Shown in pieces: positions 35,606 through 52,600 of a stretch of DNA of 64,000 bases. Position 1 is the first letter of the stretch. The number at the start of each line of letters is the position of its first letter. The stretch comes from Ionaspis alba (lineage: Eukaryota): contig CAXUUL010000002.1 of the NCBI GenBank assembly GCA_964255285.1, forward strand, positions 1-64,000. The letters run 5' to 3'. The notes beneath the pieces were generated by a model that did no database searches, was not told the DNA's origin, and saw only the letters and a list, made by a program, of their open reading frames with translations. The position numbers and the translations under genes were made by a program.

Positions 35606-38315
35606 CTACAAGTCCCAGTCTCTCCTCCTTGCACCATCCTCGATTCCAGAGCTTTCCAGAATAGTCTCCTCAATGTGAACCCCGGCGCCTGCCACTATAG
35701 GACTGAACACCTCGACCTCCTCAATTTCGTCTTCATTTTCTTCCTCGATGATTTCTCCGCTCCTTCTTCCGCCACCCACACTCGTACTCCTGCTGCCGGT
35801 CCCGGTGTCTCTACCTCTGCCCATTGGACTGCTAGACCCGCGCTCAAGATGCAACATCGGACCTCGGAACGGAGTCTTCTTCCTTTTCGCAAATGCAAGA
35901 CCTGGAGAAGCTAGACCACCGAAAGCGGCAGCTTCGTTGTATTGAGTGCTAATTGGTGAAGGAATGGTACGAACGATACGGATGTTGGAAGGAAAGGAGG
36001 ATGTGGTCGGAGTGGCCGGAAGAACTTTGAGTGAAGTGTGTGGAGAACGTGATGATCTAAGATTGATGGCAGAAGAGTTCACGGAGTTGGAGGTAGATGA
36101 GGTGGACGAAGCCTTGGAGTGGGAGGGTACGTGGTGGATACTTCGGACCGATGAGACCGACGAGGACGTCGATTTACGGCCTTGGAGACCAGCAGAGGAG
36201 CGTTGGCGGTAACTGGAGTGAGGTGTCAGAGGCCCAGGCGAAATCGAGGGTCGTGCATGAGAAGTTGTAACCCGTGGACGGGGCATCTGTGCAGCACGAA
36301 CTTGTGGCAATGCCTTGACAGTCGACACAGACGCTTGCCTGGTATCGTTGCTGACTGGCGACCGGCGCGGCTCGGTCGGAGATCTGCTTTGCGGAGTCTT
36401 CAATGTGGAAGCATCACTCTTTGTGCCTGGAGATTTGGCACGTTTCGCAGACTCAATGAACCAGTGCTTTAGCGATGCCAGATGGTTCATGATAGGGTGC
36501 GGATGCCTTCGCTGAGATCTACGATTGGAGAGGCCATTGGGAGGAGCGAGGAGATCTGGATTGTGCGTGACCAATTGCAGGGTGCTTCCCTGAGATCGCC
36601 GTCTATCCTTCGGCGGTAGGGGAGGCCGGTGTCTGGATGAGCTAACAGATCTTACAGGATCCTTTTCAATGGGAGGAGGTGGGGTAGCGGATCCTGGGGA
36701 TTCTATAGCACTACCCTCGGGCAACCGAGGGAGCTCCGGAATGACAATTTGAGCTACGATTGTTTAGTTTGTAACTGCGTGAAAGGATCAATCTACTTAC
36801 AGGAGGGTAGACTTCGTCTCTCGCGCCTGCCCCTACTCCGAGGGGGATCGAGGATTGCCGGGAACTGTCCTTCCTCATCTACCTCCTGAAGGGTCGGAGC
36901 CAAACGTTCTAAGCGATTGCTTGCGGCACTGATTCTCCGAAGACTCTTTGCTTCAGCCTCTCTTTCCTTTCTCTTGCGCTCTCTCCTCTTTTCTTTACGT
37001 TCTTCTCTTTCGATCAACAACGCCCACCACCCAGCGAGAGAATCGCACCGCTGAGCGAGTACATTCTCAATCACTTTGTCGATGTCGATTCCAACACTGC
37101 GCATTCGTTCTAGGGTGATCTTTTCCAGTTCAGATGTGAATGGAGCTGGTCGCGCCACTTTCAAGATAGCCTGCTGACCTGGTGCGTGACCGGCAAGAAA
37201 AGGACTTGCGAGGATATCCGCCAGACTTGGACGAATGAGTGGCCGCTTCGATAGAAGTTGAACAAGAAGCGCTTTCGCATCTGCCGGTATAATGTTGGAA
37301 TACTTTGGTTCTATAGAGAGGATCTTGTGTTTCGTGGCCATCTCGTCGTCCTCATCGAAAGGGAGTTCCCCAGTCAAGAGTGCGTACAGTATAATTCCCA
37401 GGCTCCAGACGTCCACTTTTTCTCCAGCGTATTTCTCCCCCTTCAACATCTCTGGCGCACTGTAGCAGATCGTCCCGCAAAACGTTTGAAGGTAATTGTT
37501 CTTGCCCTCATACTCCCGCGTGAAACCAAAGTCGCAAAGCTTGACGTTTTCGCTCTTATCGAGCAGAATGTTCTCTAGCTTCAGATCGCGGTGTACACAA
37601 GAGAGGTTGTGTACGTAAGACACGGCTCCTACGAGTTGTGTGAATATCCTTTGAACTTTCTCTGTAGGCAACGCGCCATGCCGAAGCAGGTAGTTATAAA
37701 GTTCATCGCCTTGATACCATCAGTGACCGATCCCGACAGAACGCCGGACTCGTAAAGGAACAAACCGGGACAATACTCGAGAACAAGCCATACCAGGCTT
37801 TCGGTGACAATCACCTCGTAGAGGCGTGCGATATGTGGATGGAGGAATTGTCGATGATGGTGGATCTCTCGCGCAAGATTTGAATCGTCTCTCTTGGCCG
37901 ATTTGAGCACAACCTGGCAGATGATCAGACAGTCGGCTCTCTCTCACGCAATTGTAGCATTGGTGAGTCTACCTTCGAGCCGTTGGTGAGCTTATGAGTG
38001 GCTAGGTACACTTTTCCGAACGAGCCTTTGCCAATGAGTCGCCCTAAGGTGTAGTTTCCCACGGAGCGAAGCTCCTTCGACGAGAACTCTCTGTGCGGTA
38101 CACATAAATATCGGCACGAGGATGGAGAAGGGAGAGAGCAGCGTACTCTAAGAGCTCATGATACGAGTTGGCAAGCTGATTAGAAATGGACTATGTAAGC
38201 ATCTGGCTTGTGCAATACTGATTTCTGCGGTTGGAAAAATGAGCGATTTGTTCCATACAAGACGTACTTTGTTCTTCTGATTTTGCAGCTCTACCTGAGA
38301 TCTGGCCGTCGGCAT
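35606..38315 (-). CDS. Ser/Thr protein kinase, CAMK-like (Ppk16/YPL150W-like)
   Basis: Spliced VGNYTLGRLIGKGSFGKVYLA, VVLKSA, REIHHHRQF.HPHIARLYEVI, HRDLKLENILLD, KLCDFGFTRE, TFCGT..YSAPE and DVWSLG. Long Ser/Arg-rich tail. Confidence 0.92.
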
Positions 38316-39161
38316 GTGTTCTTTCAAATGGTTCCTTACTTCCTTGCTTCCTAGCCGCAATCGTTCCTACCGGCGGAGTGTGAGAATGCGCCAGTGAAAA
38401 AGAGGCAAGGCACCGCAGAGTACAACACCCTGAACAGAAAAGGGTCGGAAGTCGATAGCATCGAAGTAGATAGGAGATGGTGGGATATCACAAGTGGCAT
38501 GGCGCAGCATCAGGAGGTCGACAATTTGGAGATCCAGCAGCTGAACGGGACAGAAAGTTTTTTGAAACATTCGTTCCTGCCACTGATTGGTCGCAGAGCT
38601 GAATGGCACTCATGCAGTAGCCGCAGACAACATCGACATCTCTCACTCTTGGTCTAACAAGCAATTTACTGGATTTACTTTACGTGATATGTTATAGAGG
38701 TTCTTATGTTCAGCTGGACTATGCCGCAGGATCGGTAAAGCGATAATGTGCAAATGTCCATGGCATGTTGTTTAATGTTCCAATTTAATGTGTTTGCGAC
38801 CTACTACGAGCTTTTCTTGCCTGCCCTCATTCCTGTCTCTCGTTGCCACAGAAGGCAATGTTCTTTGTCATGACTCTAAGCATCCCCATTGATGCTGCCA
38901 ACCTTCTCGGACAGAAAATGCCTTCTTTCATGCTGGGCTAAAACAGCGCCGGTATTTGAGGAGATCCAACAAGCTGCGATATGGTGCGTGAGGAGGATGC
39001 AGCGAAGAACTTACAAAGGGCGGTATATTCTCATCGCCAATGCTCGAGGCCGAGTCTGAAAGGGCTAGTATGGCTTGGGCTTTCCCTTTGGAGGACCGGT
39101 CGTGTGGATCGAGGAACAGAAATGCCTGGCGAATCTTGAACGTATGAATATTGGAGGCGAT

Positions 39162-40185
39162 TCACATAAAATCATCGTCACCACTTCCAACCACATCAGC
39201 TGCTGCGATGAGAGCATGAGGGACAGTACTTACTCGTCGAGTCCCTCCCCGCTGTAGACAGTAGTATCTGCTCTTGTCGATGCATCACGATTTGCAACTA
39301 GAGTCGCTTTTGTCTTTGCCGCCCTTGTCTTCTTTCCACCCTTGTCTGCTGCCTTCTCCACTTTCATTTTCTCATTCGAAAGGGTGGTCAAGCCACTGGC
39401 AATCTTCTTGATCTGATCGCTGGGAAGGTCCTTGACGATTTGCTTCGTGAACTCTTGCATAAAGAGAGTGTAATGTGCTTTTTTGGAGTTGCCGGAAAGA
39501 ATAGGCACCAGCGTTTCACGCAACTGGAGAAATTGGTCCTTGGTCGACGGGTTGAAAATAGGGAGGCAGGAGAGGTCTATCGAGCTGTTGGAATCCGTGG
39601 GATTAGTGGGCACAACTATTTTATGAGCGCTGCGGCTCTTGTTGATGCCGATATTGCCAAATAGATCCTCGGCGTGCTTGAGGTCCGAGTCTTGTTCAGT
39701 TCGGCGAAGACGTTCACGTTTTGCTGCCTCATCCTCTTCTTCACTGCTGATGTCTTCCTCCTCCTCCATCTTACGACGCATAGTGGCCATACGCATTTCC
39801 TCGATCCGTTGTGCTTTGGACTTCTTATTCGCCGCCACTAAGGCGTCGGCCTTTGCTTTGGCTTCCGCAGCCTTCTTAGCTTTTTCAGCTTCGAGTTCCG
39901 AGTCTTCAGCGGCATCCCAGGAATCAACAATCTGGAGAGATATTTAGGTGCACGTCATCACGCTGCTTTGCTGGGGGTACGGAACTTACATCGCTATCAT
40001 CCTCTTCGTCATCGAACTTGGAGCGCCTGGGTATAGTAGCGGCGACTGGAGGAGAGGATGGAGGTGTACTGTCTTCATCTTCATCTAGACCTTTCGTTAG
40101 CTCATATACTCTATATCTGAGGACATCAAAGGTCAACCCCTTCCGAAGAGTGCAGTGGAAACTCACCATATCGGGTCGGCGCCAT
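39162..40185 (-). CDS. HCR1: Translation initiation factor eIF3 subunit J
   Basis: MAPTRY|DEDEDSTPPSSPP...KFDDEEDDSD|IVDSWDAAEDSE, RLRRTEQDSDLKHAEDLFG, QIKKIASGLTTLSNEKMK.EK, and terminal mini-exon DGDDDFM*. Confidence 0.92.
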
Positions 40186-40847
40186 AGTCCTAAGACTGTG
40201 GCAATGGCCAGCCACTGTACCCCTGTTTCGGTTTCTGTATGAGCAGACTAGAAACAGTGAAGTCCGGTCGAGAAAAATGGTGAACTAGGGATAAGATGTG
40301 ATATGCAAAACAACAGCCGGGAATGGTGACGAGGAAACTGTTGATTGGGGAAATCGGCTGGCGGGTGGATTGTGCATCATCCCGTGTTCGTGGTTCATCA
40401 ATCTTAGCCTCGCGTGGATTACATAATAACAACAATACCAAGGTAGTGAATCGAGGATTTCACGTGGAGTCTGCCAGCGGACCGAGCTACTACTCACGAC
40501 GCATGGAATTGTAAATGCGGAGTCAGTTGGAACCTAGGACTCTCCGATCTCTACAGATGACTTGTACTAGAGTTGGCAAAGTGAATGCTGCCAGCAAATG
40601 TTTCCTAAGTTCACATTGATGGCCGCAACCAGTATGTCGTTCACATGAGAGTGCTATTCATAGATATCGGAGTAAAGTGACAGGCTATTGAGTTGATTTG
40701 TGCCTGCTACGTAGGACCGGGTGTTTGCCACTGCCTGATCTTGTCTCCTCCGCGGGCATGCTGAGATCAAGTCTCATTTCATCAGGAATTACCGCCATGC
40801 TACAGCGATGATCGGTAAAGAATCTACCTCGTCGTTGTCGAAGGAAA

Positions 40848-42395
<1,548 letters not shown>

Positions 42396-42951
42396 TCAGT
42401 ATAGTGGAAACATGTCAAAGGTCTGAGACACAAAGTGGAAGGATGATGTTAGGCACATTGCTTTTGTTGTGAGACCGAAGCTACCAGGAAGATAGCTCCT
42501 AGGAAGCGAAGAGGAGGGAAAGCAGCAATCCATTGCTTGTTCGACCTTACCTTGTTGACTTTTCGGAGTATTTGTACAGAATAGGAGGTGAGGTAATGGT
42601 AAAATTCGAGTAGTTGCTTTGCTTCAAAAAGGTGAAAGGTGAAGGAGGATTTTGTAGATTTCTTTCTTTGGAGCAGCTCAACGTTCCTCCCTTCTTGGTT
42701 GAATTCGGCGGGGCAAACGCCAAGCCCGGACACTATATTGAACCGTTATCCTAGCGTGCAACGCGTAAAGTGGTGAGCGTTAAACTCGTTACGTTTTCTG
42801 GTCTAGAGGTTCTCCTACCAAGCATCGCACTCTACGATACCTTCTTTCCCATCGCGGTCCCAGACAACTCTTAGTGTAGAACTTTTACACATACCACTTC
42901 TGGTGTCGCGTGGGATCGATTTGTCGCTTGAGATCTTCGGATCACCCAACC

Positions 42952-44325
42952 ATGAATGGCTCAGATGCGGAAAGAGCTGATGCTCTTGAGCAATACAAAA
43001 GGAAGCTCTTGGAGTCGCGAGAATGGGAAGCAAAGCTGAAGGCTTTGAGACTAGATATCAAAGGTCTACAGTCGGATTTCGATACCACAGAAGACAACAT
43101 CAAGGCATTACAGAGTGTCGGACAAATAATAGGCGAGGTGCTGAAGCAACTCGACGAAGAACGCTGTAAGTCGAAGATGCTGACCTCTAGAAGCATGGCA
43201 GCGCGCATACATGGATTCGAACGACTAACATCATTGAACAGTCATTGTCAAAGCTTCGTCAGGTCCTCGTTATGTTGTTGGCTGTCGATCAAAGGTTGAT
43301 AAGACCAAGCTCAAGCAAGGAACCAGAGTCGCTCTTGACATGACGACACTAACAATAATGCGAATGCTTCCTCGAGAAGTTGATCCCCTGGTCTACAATA
43401 TGTCTCTTGAAGATCCCGGCCAAGTCAGTTTCGGAGGGATTGGTGGGCTGAACGAGCAGATTCGTGAATTACGAGAGGTTATCGAATTACCACTAAAAAA
43501 CCCCGAGCTCTTCTTGCGGGTCGGAATCAAGCCACCTAAGGGTGTGCTACTTTATGGACCTCCTGGCACTGGAAAAACGTTATTGGCGAGAGCTGTAGCG
43601 AGCGGATTGGAGACCAATTTCCTCAAAGGCAATACATCTTGATCAGTCCTGAACGGGTGAAACTAACGCTAACAATGATCCTAGTGGTATCTTCCGCCAT
43701 TGTCGACAAGTACATCGGGGAATCGGCGCGACTGATCCGAGAGATGTTCGGCTATGCTAAAGAGCACGAACCCTGTATCATCTTCATGGATGAAATCGAT
43801 GCTATCGGTGGGAGGAGATTCTCGGAAGGCACATCTGCTGATCGAGAGATCCAGCGTACGTTGATGGAGCTCCTCAATCAACTAGACGGTTTCGACTACC
43901 TGGGAAAGACCAAGATTATCATGGCAACCAATCGACCAGATACACTTGATCCGGCCTTACTACGAGCAGGTCGACTGGATAGGAAAATTGAAATACCTCT
44001 GCCCAACGAGGTAGGAAGGCTGGAGATTCTTAAGATTCACGCTGCCGGAGTGGCCTTGGAGGGAGAGATTGACTTCGAAAGTGTGGTGAAGATGAGCGAC
44101 CAGTTGAATGGCGCGGATCTTCGAAACGTGGTCACTGAAGCGTACGCTCTATCGTCCCTATACCTTGCGATTTGGAGAAGTTTGAATATCCTGACACATT
44201 ATAGTGGTCTTTTCGCCATCAAAGACTATCGGGACTTTGTCAACCAGGACGACTTCAACAAGGCCGTTAGGAAGGTAGCGGAGTCCAAGAAGTTGGAAGG
44301 CAAGTTGGAGTACCAGAAATTGTAG
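42952..44325 (+). CDS. RPT4: 26S proteasome AAA-ATPase subunit Rpt4
   Basis: [44 protein letters not shown], Walker A GPPGTGKT, Walker [37 protein letters not shown]; ends [11 protein letters not shown]. Confidence 0.97.
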
Positions 44326-44978
44326 ATATCGTGTCGTATCATAGCATCGGCGTCTGGGCTTTGGCATTCTGAGCTGGGATTCCTTTCGCCATTGGAAGAG
44401 ATTGTCTGCTACGAAGATTTGAATTGGTGATAGAAGATTTTGCGGTGATAAATATAGTGCACTGAGCACTACTCTGCGGTGGACTATCCAGTCTTTGGGC
44501 AACTGCTTCTTTTCAGAGTAAAGCCATGAAGCCGATTGGTGATGTTTTATTCGTCCCTTGTAGGGCACGTCGTTACCAGGGAATTTGGAACAGCCAGTAG
44601 ACGAGGACCAAAATCACTAGGGCTTGTCGACAGAAGAATCTTGAGGAATTTGAGGCTACTCGGCTCTTCCGAGCACCACTATTCATCGTTGTTGCAAGCT
44701 GCAAAAGCCCAAATGTATTTTTGCTTCAGCCCAGGCCAATATTGTGGCGGAAAGCATCGACCAGGGACGATGTTCATCGCTCTGAGAGCTTGAGATTCCT
44801 TGGACTTCGTCTGACGCAGGTAATTTCGAAGCCCTAAGGACGTATTGGAAATCTCTACGCTCCTTACCCAGTCCACTCCTCTACCACTAGCTAGGTGAGT
44901 GGCACCGACGGTAGCGGCGTCGGCTCACTCCAGGAACAAAAGCGCCTATACCAAGCAATAAAGCTTGTCCTAAAAGCC

Positions 44979-47324
<2,346 letters not shown>

Positions 47325-47858
47325 GGCAAAATACCCGAACAGCGTGTATGAACTTCCCTTGTTAGGTGATTCTTTGGATTTGTTTTGAGTGTATCAAAAT
47401 TCTGTAACATATTCTGCAAGTGCTGTTGTTTCACTTGTTGAGGCATGGTTGGAGGAATTGACCACTGAGCCCTTGTCCTTATTGTGTACAATAAATGTCC
47501 TAAAATTGGGACTGTATATTACAGCCATTAACACCAACGTCGGTATCTTATACTTGATCTCTCGCAACATCTTGTGGGGCTTCAAGCTCCGTTAAAGTCG
47601 TGGCCTTCTCTTCGTTCTCCGGTCCAATTCTTGTGCCACCATTCAAACCGTGACGGATGTATGTGCGTGGTAATATGCGCCATCTCACTCCATCAATTCT
47701 CGTTGAAACGCCATATGAGCGAACAAGAAGATCTAGGTAGATGCATCCTTCTTTGGAGAAGAAGAAGAAGAAGTAGAAGCAAAACAAGAAGACATAGACT
47801 TCGAATTTCTTTTAAATCATGAACACATCTAACTCATCTATCACGGCGTCCCCGGGAA

Positions 47859-49035
47859 CTAAAAGTTTTGCGCCGCCGGCAGCGGCTTCGACGTCCGATC
47901 TCCAGGAAACCCAAAACCATTACCATTGACCTGGCCATTCTCATAGCCATTCTGCAACGTCGGGCCGTGTGAATAAGTAGTATGCCCATTGACATGGTGT
48001 CCGTGTCGCTCGCTACCATATCCAGCTTCAGCATCACTGCTGACCATGCCAATGCCACCCACAGCGGCATGCCCATTCGTCACTCTCCCTTTCCCTGCAC
48101 CGTGACCCATCTCGAATTGCGGTGCCCCAGCTCCACCACCGGTCTTTCCTCTGACAGCCGGCAACAGATCAATGAAAAAGCTAAGAACCCAGAAAGTGAA
48201 CACGAGGGCAATGACCCATTCCAATACGGCACCAATTTGTGTCCGCTTGGTAAAGGTGCAGACTCCGAAAGCTACCGCCAGTGCGACTTCAACCAAGATG
48301 AACGCGAGTTTGATCCAGAAGGAGATGCGCAGGATACGGTGCTGGCGCTGGTGTACACCCATCCGCTGGTACTCGGCGCAGAGGAAGATGGCGCTGATGA
48401 GGTAGCCGGCGATGAAGAGGAGGAGGAAGACGTCGTGGAGGCGAGGGTAGCGTAGGGTATCGAAGATGGAGAGGAGGATGAGGCCTGCGGTACCAACGAT
48501 TGCGAAGGCGACTGGAGGGTCCCATGTCAGCGGGTTTGGGAGCCTGGAACTGGGGAAGGAAACTAACTTGCGAAGCCTGAAAGGACCTTTTCCGAGCGCG
48601 TTGTATTCATGGCCAGCCGGCCTGTATGCCGTAGCCATCGCTCGGACGCAAAGGAGAGGTCGAGGAAGATGGTTGTGAGGACGCATGCTGTGATAAAGAG
48701 GGGCTTGAGGAATTGAGCGCCAATGTCTCGACGTGTATCAGCACAATGAGATGTAGGTGAGCCGGATTGAATGGGCTGTACCAGAAATGTAGGCGATGTG
48801 CTGATTGTCGTCCATGGAAGGGTAGTGTGGCCTATGCGCCGTTAGAAAGTGGATACACGGGACGTCGTCTCAAGGAATTCCATACGACCCCTGGACTATC
48901 CATACTATGAACATTGCGAGGAGTGTGCCTTGATGGGCTGTTAGCTGTTGGCGATCCTCCTGGCCTGAGGAGGAGCGTACCAAGCCATGCCACGGCGCTG
49001 ATGAGGGGGAATATCCAGAATGAGATGAAGATCAT
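47859..49035 (-). CDS. SFK1: Frag1/DRAM/Sfk1-family membrane protein
   Basis: MIFISFWIFPLISAVAWLG, PHYPSMDDNQHIAYIS|DIGAQFLKPLFI, ERWLRH.GRL, GLILLSIFDT.RYP.LH, LRISFWIKL.FI.VE and GAVLEWVIA..FTFW.LSF.IDLLP. Confidence 0.85.
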
Positions 49036-49225
49036 GGCTGCGATGCGCTGATCCTTCGGTGAGAAAAGTTGGCTAGGACTGTCAAACCCAATGGTTCCGC
49101 ATCAATTTCGACATAAGGATATGTTCGAGAGAATGTGTTACTGAGCACGGAGGCTTCTGCAGGAGAGTGGACTGGGTTTTGTTGTGTGGCAGAAGAGAGT
49201 GAGCGACGAGAAAAGGAGGGTTGCG

Positions 49226-49325
49226 NNNNNNNNNNNNNNNNNNNNNNNNNNNNNNNNNNNNNNNNNNNNNNNNNNNNNNNNNNNNNNNNNNNNNNNNNNN
49301 NNNNNNNNNNNNNNNNNNNNNNNNN
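49226..49325. other. Assembly gap (100 N placeholder)
   Basis: Run of exactly 100 N between the SFK1 start and the IRC20 stop. Confidence 0.99.
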
Positions 49326-49662
49326 GGAGATCGGCCATGATGAAATTACGGACTGGGACAAGCTAATCAAAGCAGATGACGTCGTTGTCTATCCTTGGCC
49401 GCTTGTGGCGCTACCAAGTTCCGAAGCCACATCTCAACCGCGAGGCACAGGATATCAACAATCCTCTGGCCAATCACAAAGGGAAGATTAATAACAAGGT
49501 TCGGAGGGGATTCTCATGGCCACACGAAGTGCCTCCGAACATGCTACGGAAGACCTCCACGGGCCGAACGCGTAGTGAGGGATTGACCAATTGGTCGGTA
49601 ACCTTCGGGCAATGGCCATAGCTACACAAACCCTCTCCAAATATACATCACGATATCGCCGT

Positions 49663-52600
49663 CTACATTAGAATCCTCTCTTCTGCTGCAGAAGCGCCAC
49701 GAAATCTCGCCGTCTGGACCTCTACCTCCTCTGCATCCTCGGAGACCTGCGGCCGAGCAGCAGGCTTTTGCCGAAATAGGCAGTTCCACAAGTCATCCTT
49801 GCCCACCAACTCACCACCTCCAGGCCCCTTGGTCAACAGCTTCGAGAGCGGCGCATCCTGCAACTCGAGTGAATTAGCTGCCTCAATATCACTTTCACCG
49901 AGTTTTGGCACATTGCTTTCAACCTTCGAGCGGCCGATATGCGCCATCCTCCTCGTTACTGAAATTTCGTAGATGGCCTTCTCCACTGTCTCGTCCACAA
50001 GGTACATCCATACGGTTGTCGGTTGGTGCTGACCGATACGGTGGACTCGCGCAATGGCTTGAAGCTCGATGGCTGTGTTGATCAACGGTTCGCAGAGAAA
50101 GACATGTGTTGCGTTGACAAGATTGAGACCCGATGAATGGGCTTTGGCATGGAGAAAGAAGCATTCGACCTTTCACGTAGTCAGTAAAGACCATGACAAC
50201 CAAGAGGAGTGGACTGACACTGGGATCCTTTTTGAACCTCTCCGCTCCGTTCTTCTTGTCAATGCTGGTGAAATCAATTCTGAACTTCTCAAATGCCCGG
50301 GCAAGGACATCGAGGAAGTCTCGGAACTGAGAAAACACAATAGACTTTGCCCCCGGATCATTCTCTCGAATCCAAAGTATGTGACGTGCAAGTGTATCGA
50401 TCTTAGTTCCAAAGGAACCCTCAACGTCAATATTTTTGATTTGATTCAACGTGGCAGTATTGATCCCAGAATAAATAGAGACTGCCTCGTTGTCGGAAGC
50501 TAAGTCAGATGCCTTGGGTGAAGGGCTTTCCTCCTGCATACTCAATTCTTGAGGCTTGAATCTGAAAACAAATGAGCTTGGCATCCTCTGGCGTCATATA
50601 CTCAGAGGGACATACGTGATCTGATGGAAATCGTTCTTAGAAAGCCGCTTCTTGCACGTGGGACACGTCTTATGAGCATTCCACCATGTGCGGAGACACT
50701 CCTTACAATATGAATGCCCACATGGAGTCAGGGCCCCTATTTCGATTGGTTGCTGACAGATGATACAAATTCGTGGCTCTTCGTCCGAAATGGACTCTTC
50801 TTGCAAATGCATGAGATATCGACCCCGTGCCTTTAGTGTGGCAATCCGCTCTTGTAGACGTTGTTCTTTACCTGCACCTTCGGCGAGTGCTGCTTGAAGA
50901 GCAGGACCGTCCGAGTTGTCTTCAAAGGGAGCCACGGCGTCGGATATCGTTTGAAGCTGACGGTAGTACTGTTACAAGACTCAGGTCAGGGAAAGAACGT
51001 GAGTATGGTCATCTTGTGGAACTTGCCTCTAGTCGAGCATTCATGGTATCCTTGAAGAGCTCAACTTCCTTTTCTAGACTAGTCACTGCTTTACTTTGTT
51101 TAGTCGAGTCCACCTGGAGATCCTGCAAAGCCTTATTGACAATAGCGATCTCTGCAGTCGCTCTCGAACTGCCTTTTTCCTCTGCTGCTCGCAACGTGGT
51201 CTTCAGCGCACGAAGTTCGGTAATTATGCCGCGAAGTGAACCAAGTGATTCAGGTGGCTTCAGATGTTGTCTTGTCCGAAGCAGTTCCTTCATTAGACTA
51301 GGAGCATGGCCCTGGTTGTCCATGGCCTGCTGCAATGCGGTGCGCATTTCACTATTTATCAAGTGGTTAATCTGTCCTGTCAAAGCATCGTGGCGATCTG
51401 CGACAAGCGCTCGCAATCCTTCCACGTAGACGTATATCTCTTCTTGCTGTTTCGTGGAGGTCTCATACTCGTCACCTTGCAGTTCCGTATTTTCTTGATC
51501 GACAAGCGGCAATGATAGAAGCTTCATCAACTTCTTCCGCCACTCGTCAAGCTTTTCTGCTTGACTATCAAGAGTCTCGTACAGTTCATCCAACCTGGCC
51601 AGGATGTTGTGGGTTTCTATCCCACCCGAGTACTTCAGTGATCCAAAACTGGGAATCTCAACGAATTTTCGGCCCTTCGTCCTGTTTATGATAGTATTCA
51701 TAAGTGCGTCTGCTTTGGATTGAGTATCCCCAAGCATCTCATTCCTCAGTAACTTTGCCTTTTCGTAAGTCTCTATCTCAAGGCTTTCGAGTTCCCTGTA
51801 TCGATCAGACTCGGTGATTGTCAAGCTTTCGCTCGACTTGATTTGGTAGTACGCATTGGCGATGAAGAACGTACTGCTTAATTAATTAGTAAAGATTGGT
51901 GCGATGCTGCGTACACATATAGTCCGCTGATTCATATAGGGAAAGTAGACATCCCTACGAACTTGCTATAATGGAGCAACGTACCTAATATGCTCAATCT
52001 CTAACGCAGATCGAAGCCTAAGACGAAGCAGGCCAATTTGGGGGGTCGCTACCTGTTCATGCTCCACATTTCCAGTGATCACTTCAATAAGATCGCCTGC
52101 TTCCGCAACCCGAATCTCTTCTCTGCAATCCAAGACAAGTCTCTTGGCTTGGTCGAGAACCTCAAGCCAGATATCAAGTGCATCCTGGCTATGCTCTTGG
52201 TGCTCAAGCAGCTGACCACGACGTAGTTTAGACATGAGATAGGCACGTTCTTCGGCGCGAGTCGCTGTCTCGTTCTGATCTATCATGACTCTAAGGACTT
52301 CGCTAACGGTCCGTAAAGGCCCATCACCACGGCCCAGCGCTCTTCGATTGCGATCTCCTACTTCTGGGTGCAAGCAAGTCTGTCTGAGCCGAGTCAGCCA
52401 GGTCCTCATTTTTTCAATCACTGTTGACGACTCTGGATCCCAGGTGTTTGTGAGAGGTTCTCCCTCTGCAGTAAGTCCGCATTCTTCACACATTTGCTGG
52501 TACAAGGTCAAGTAGTGCTGCTCCTCAATTTGTGTGAATGGTATTGTGAGAACGACTCTCTTCTGCACTGGTAGTTGTATTTCCCCTCTAACCTGGTCCT

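Noticed and set aside
47755..47775. Short (GAA)n run after SFK1, and a TA/CT run near 6581
   Set aside because: Ordinary short microsatellites in UTR or intergenic DNA.
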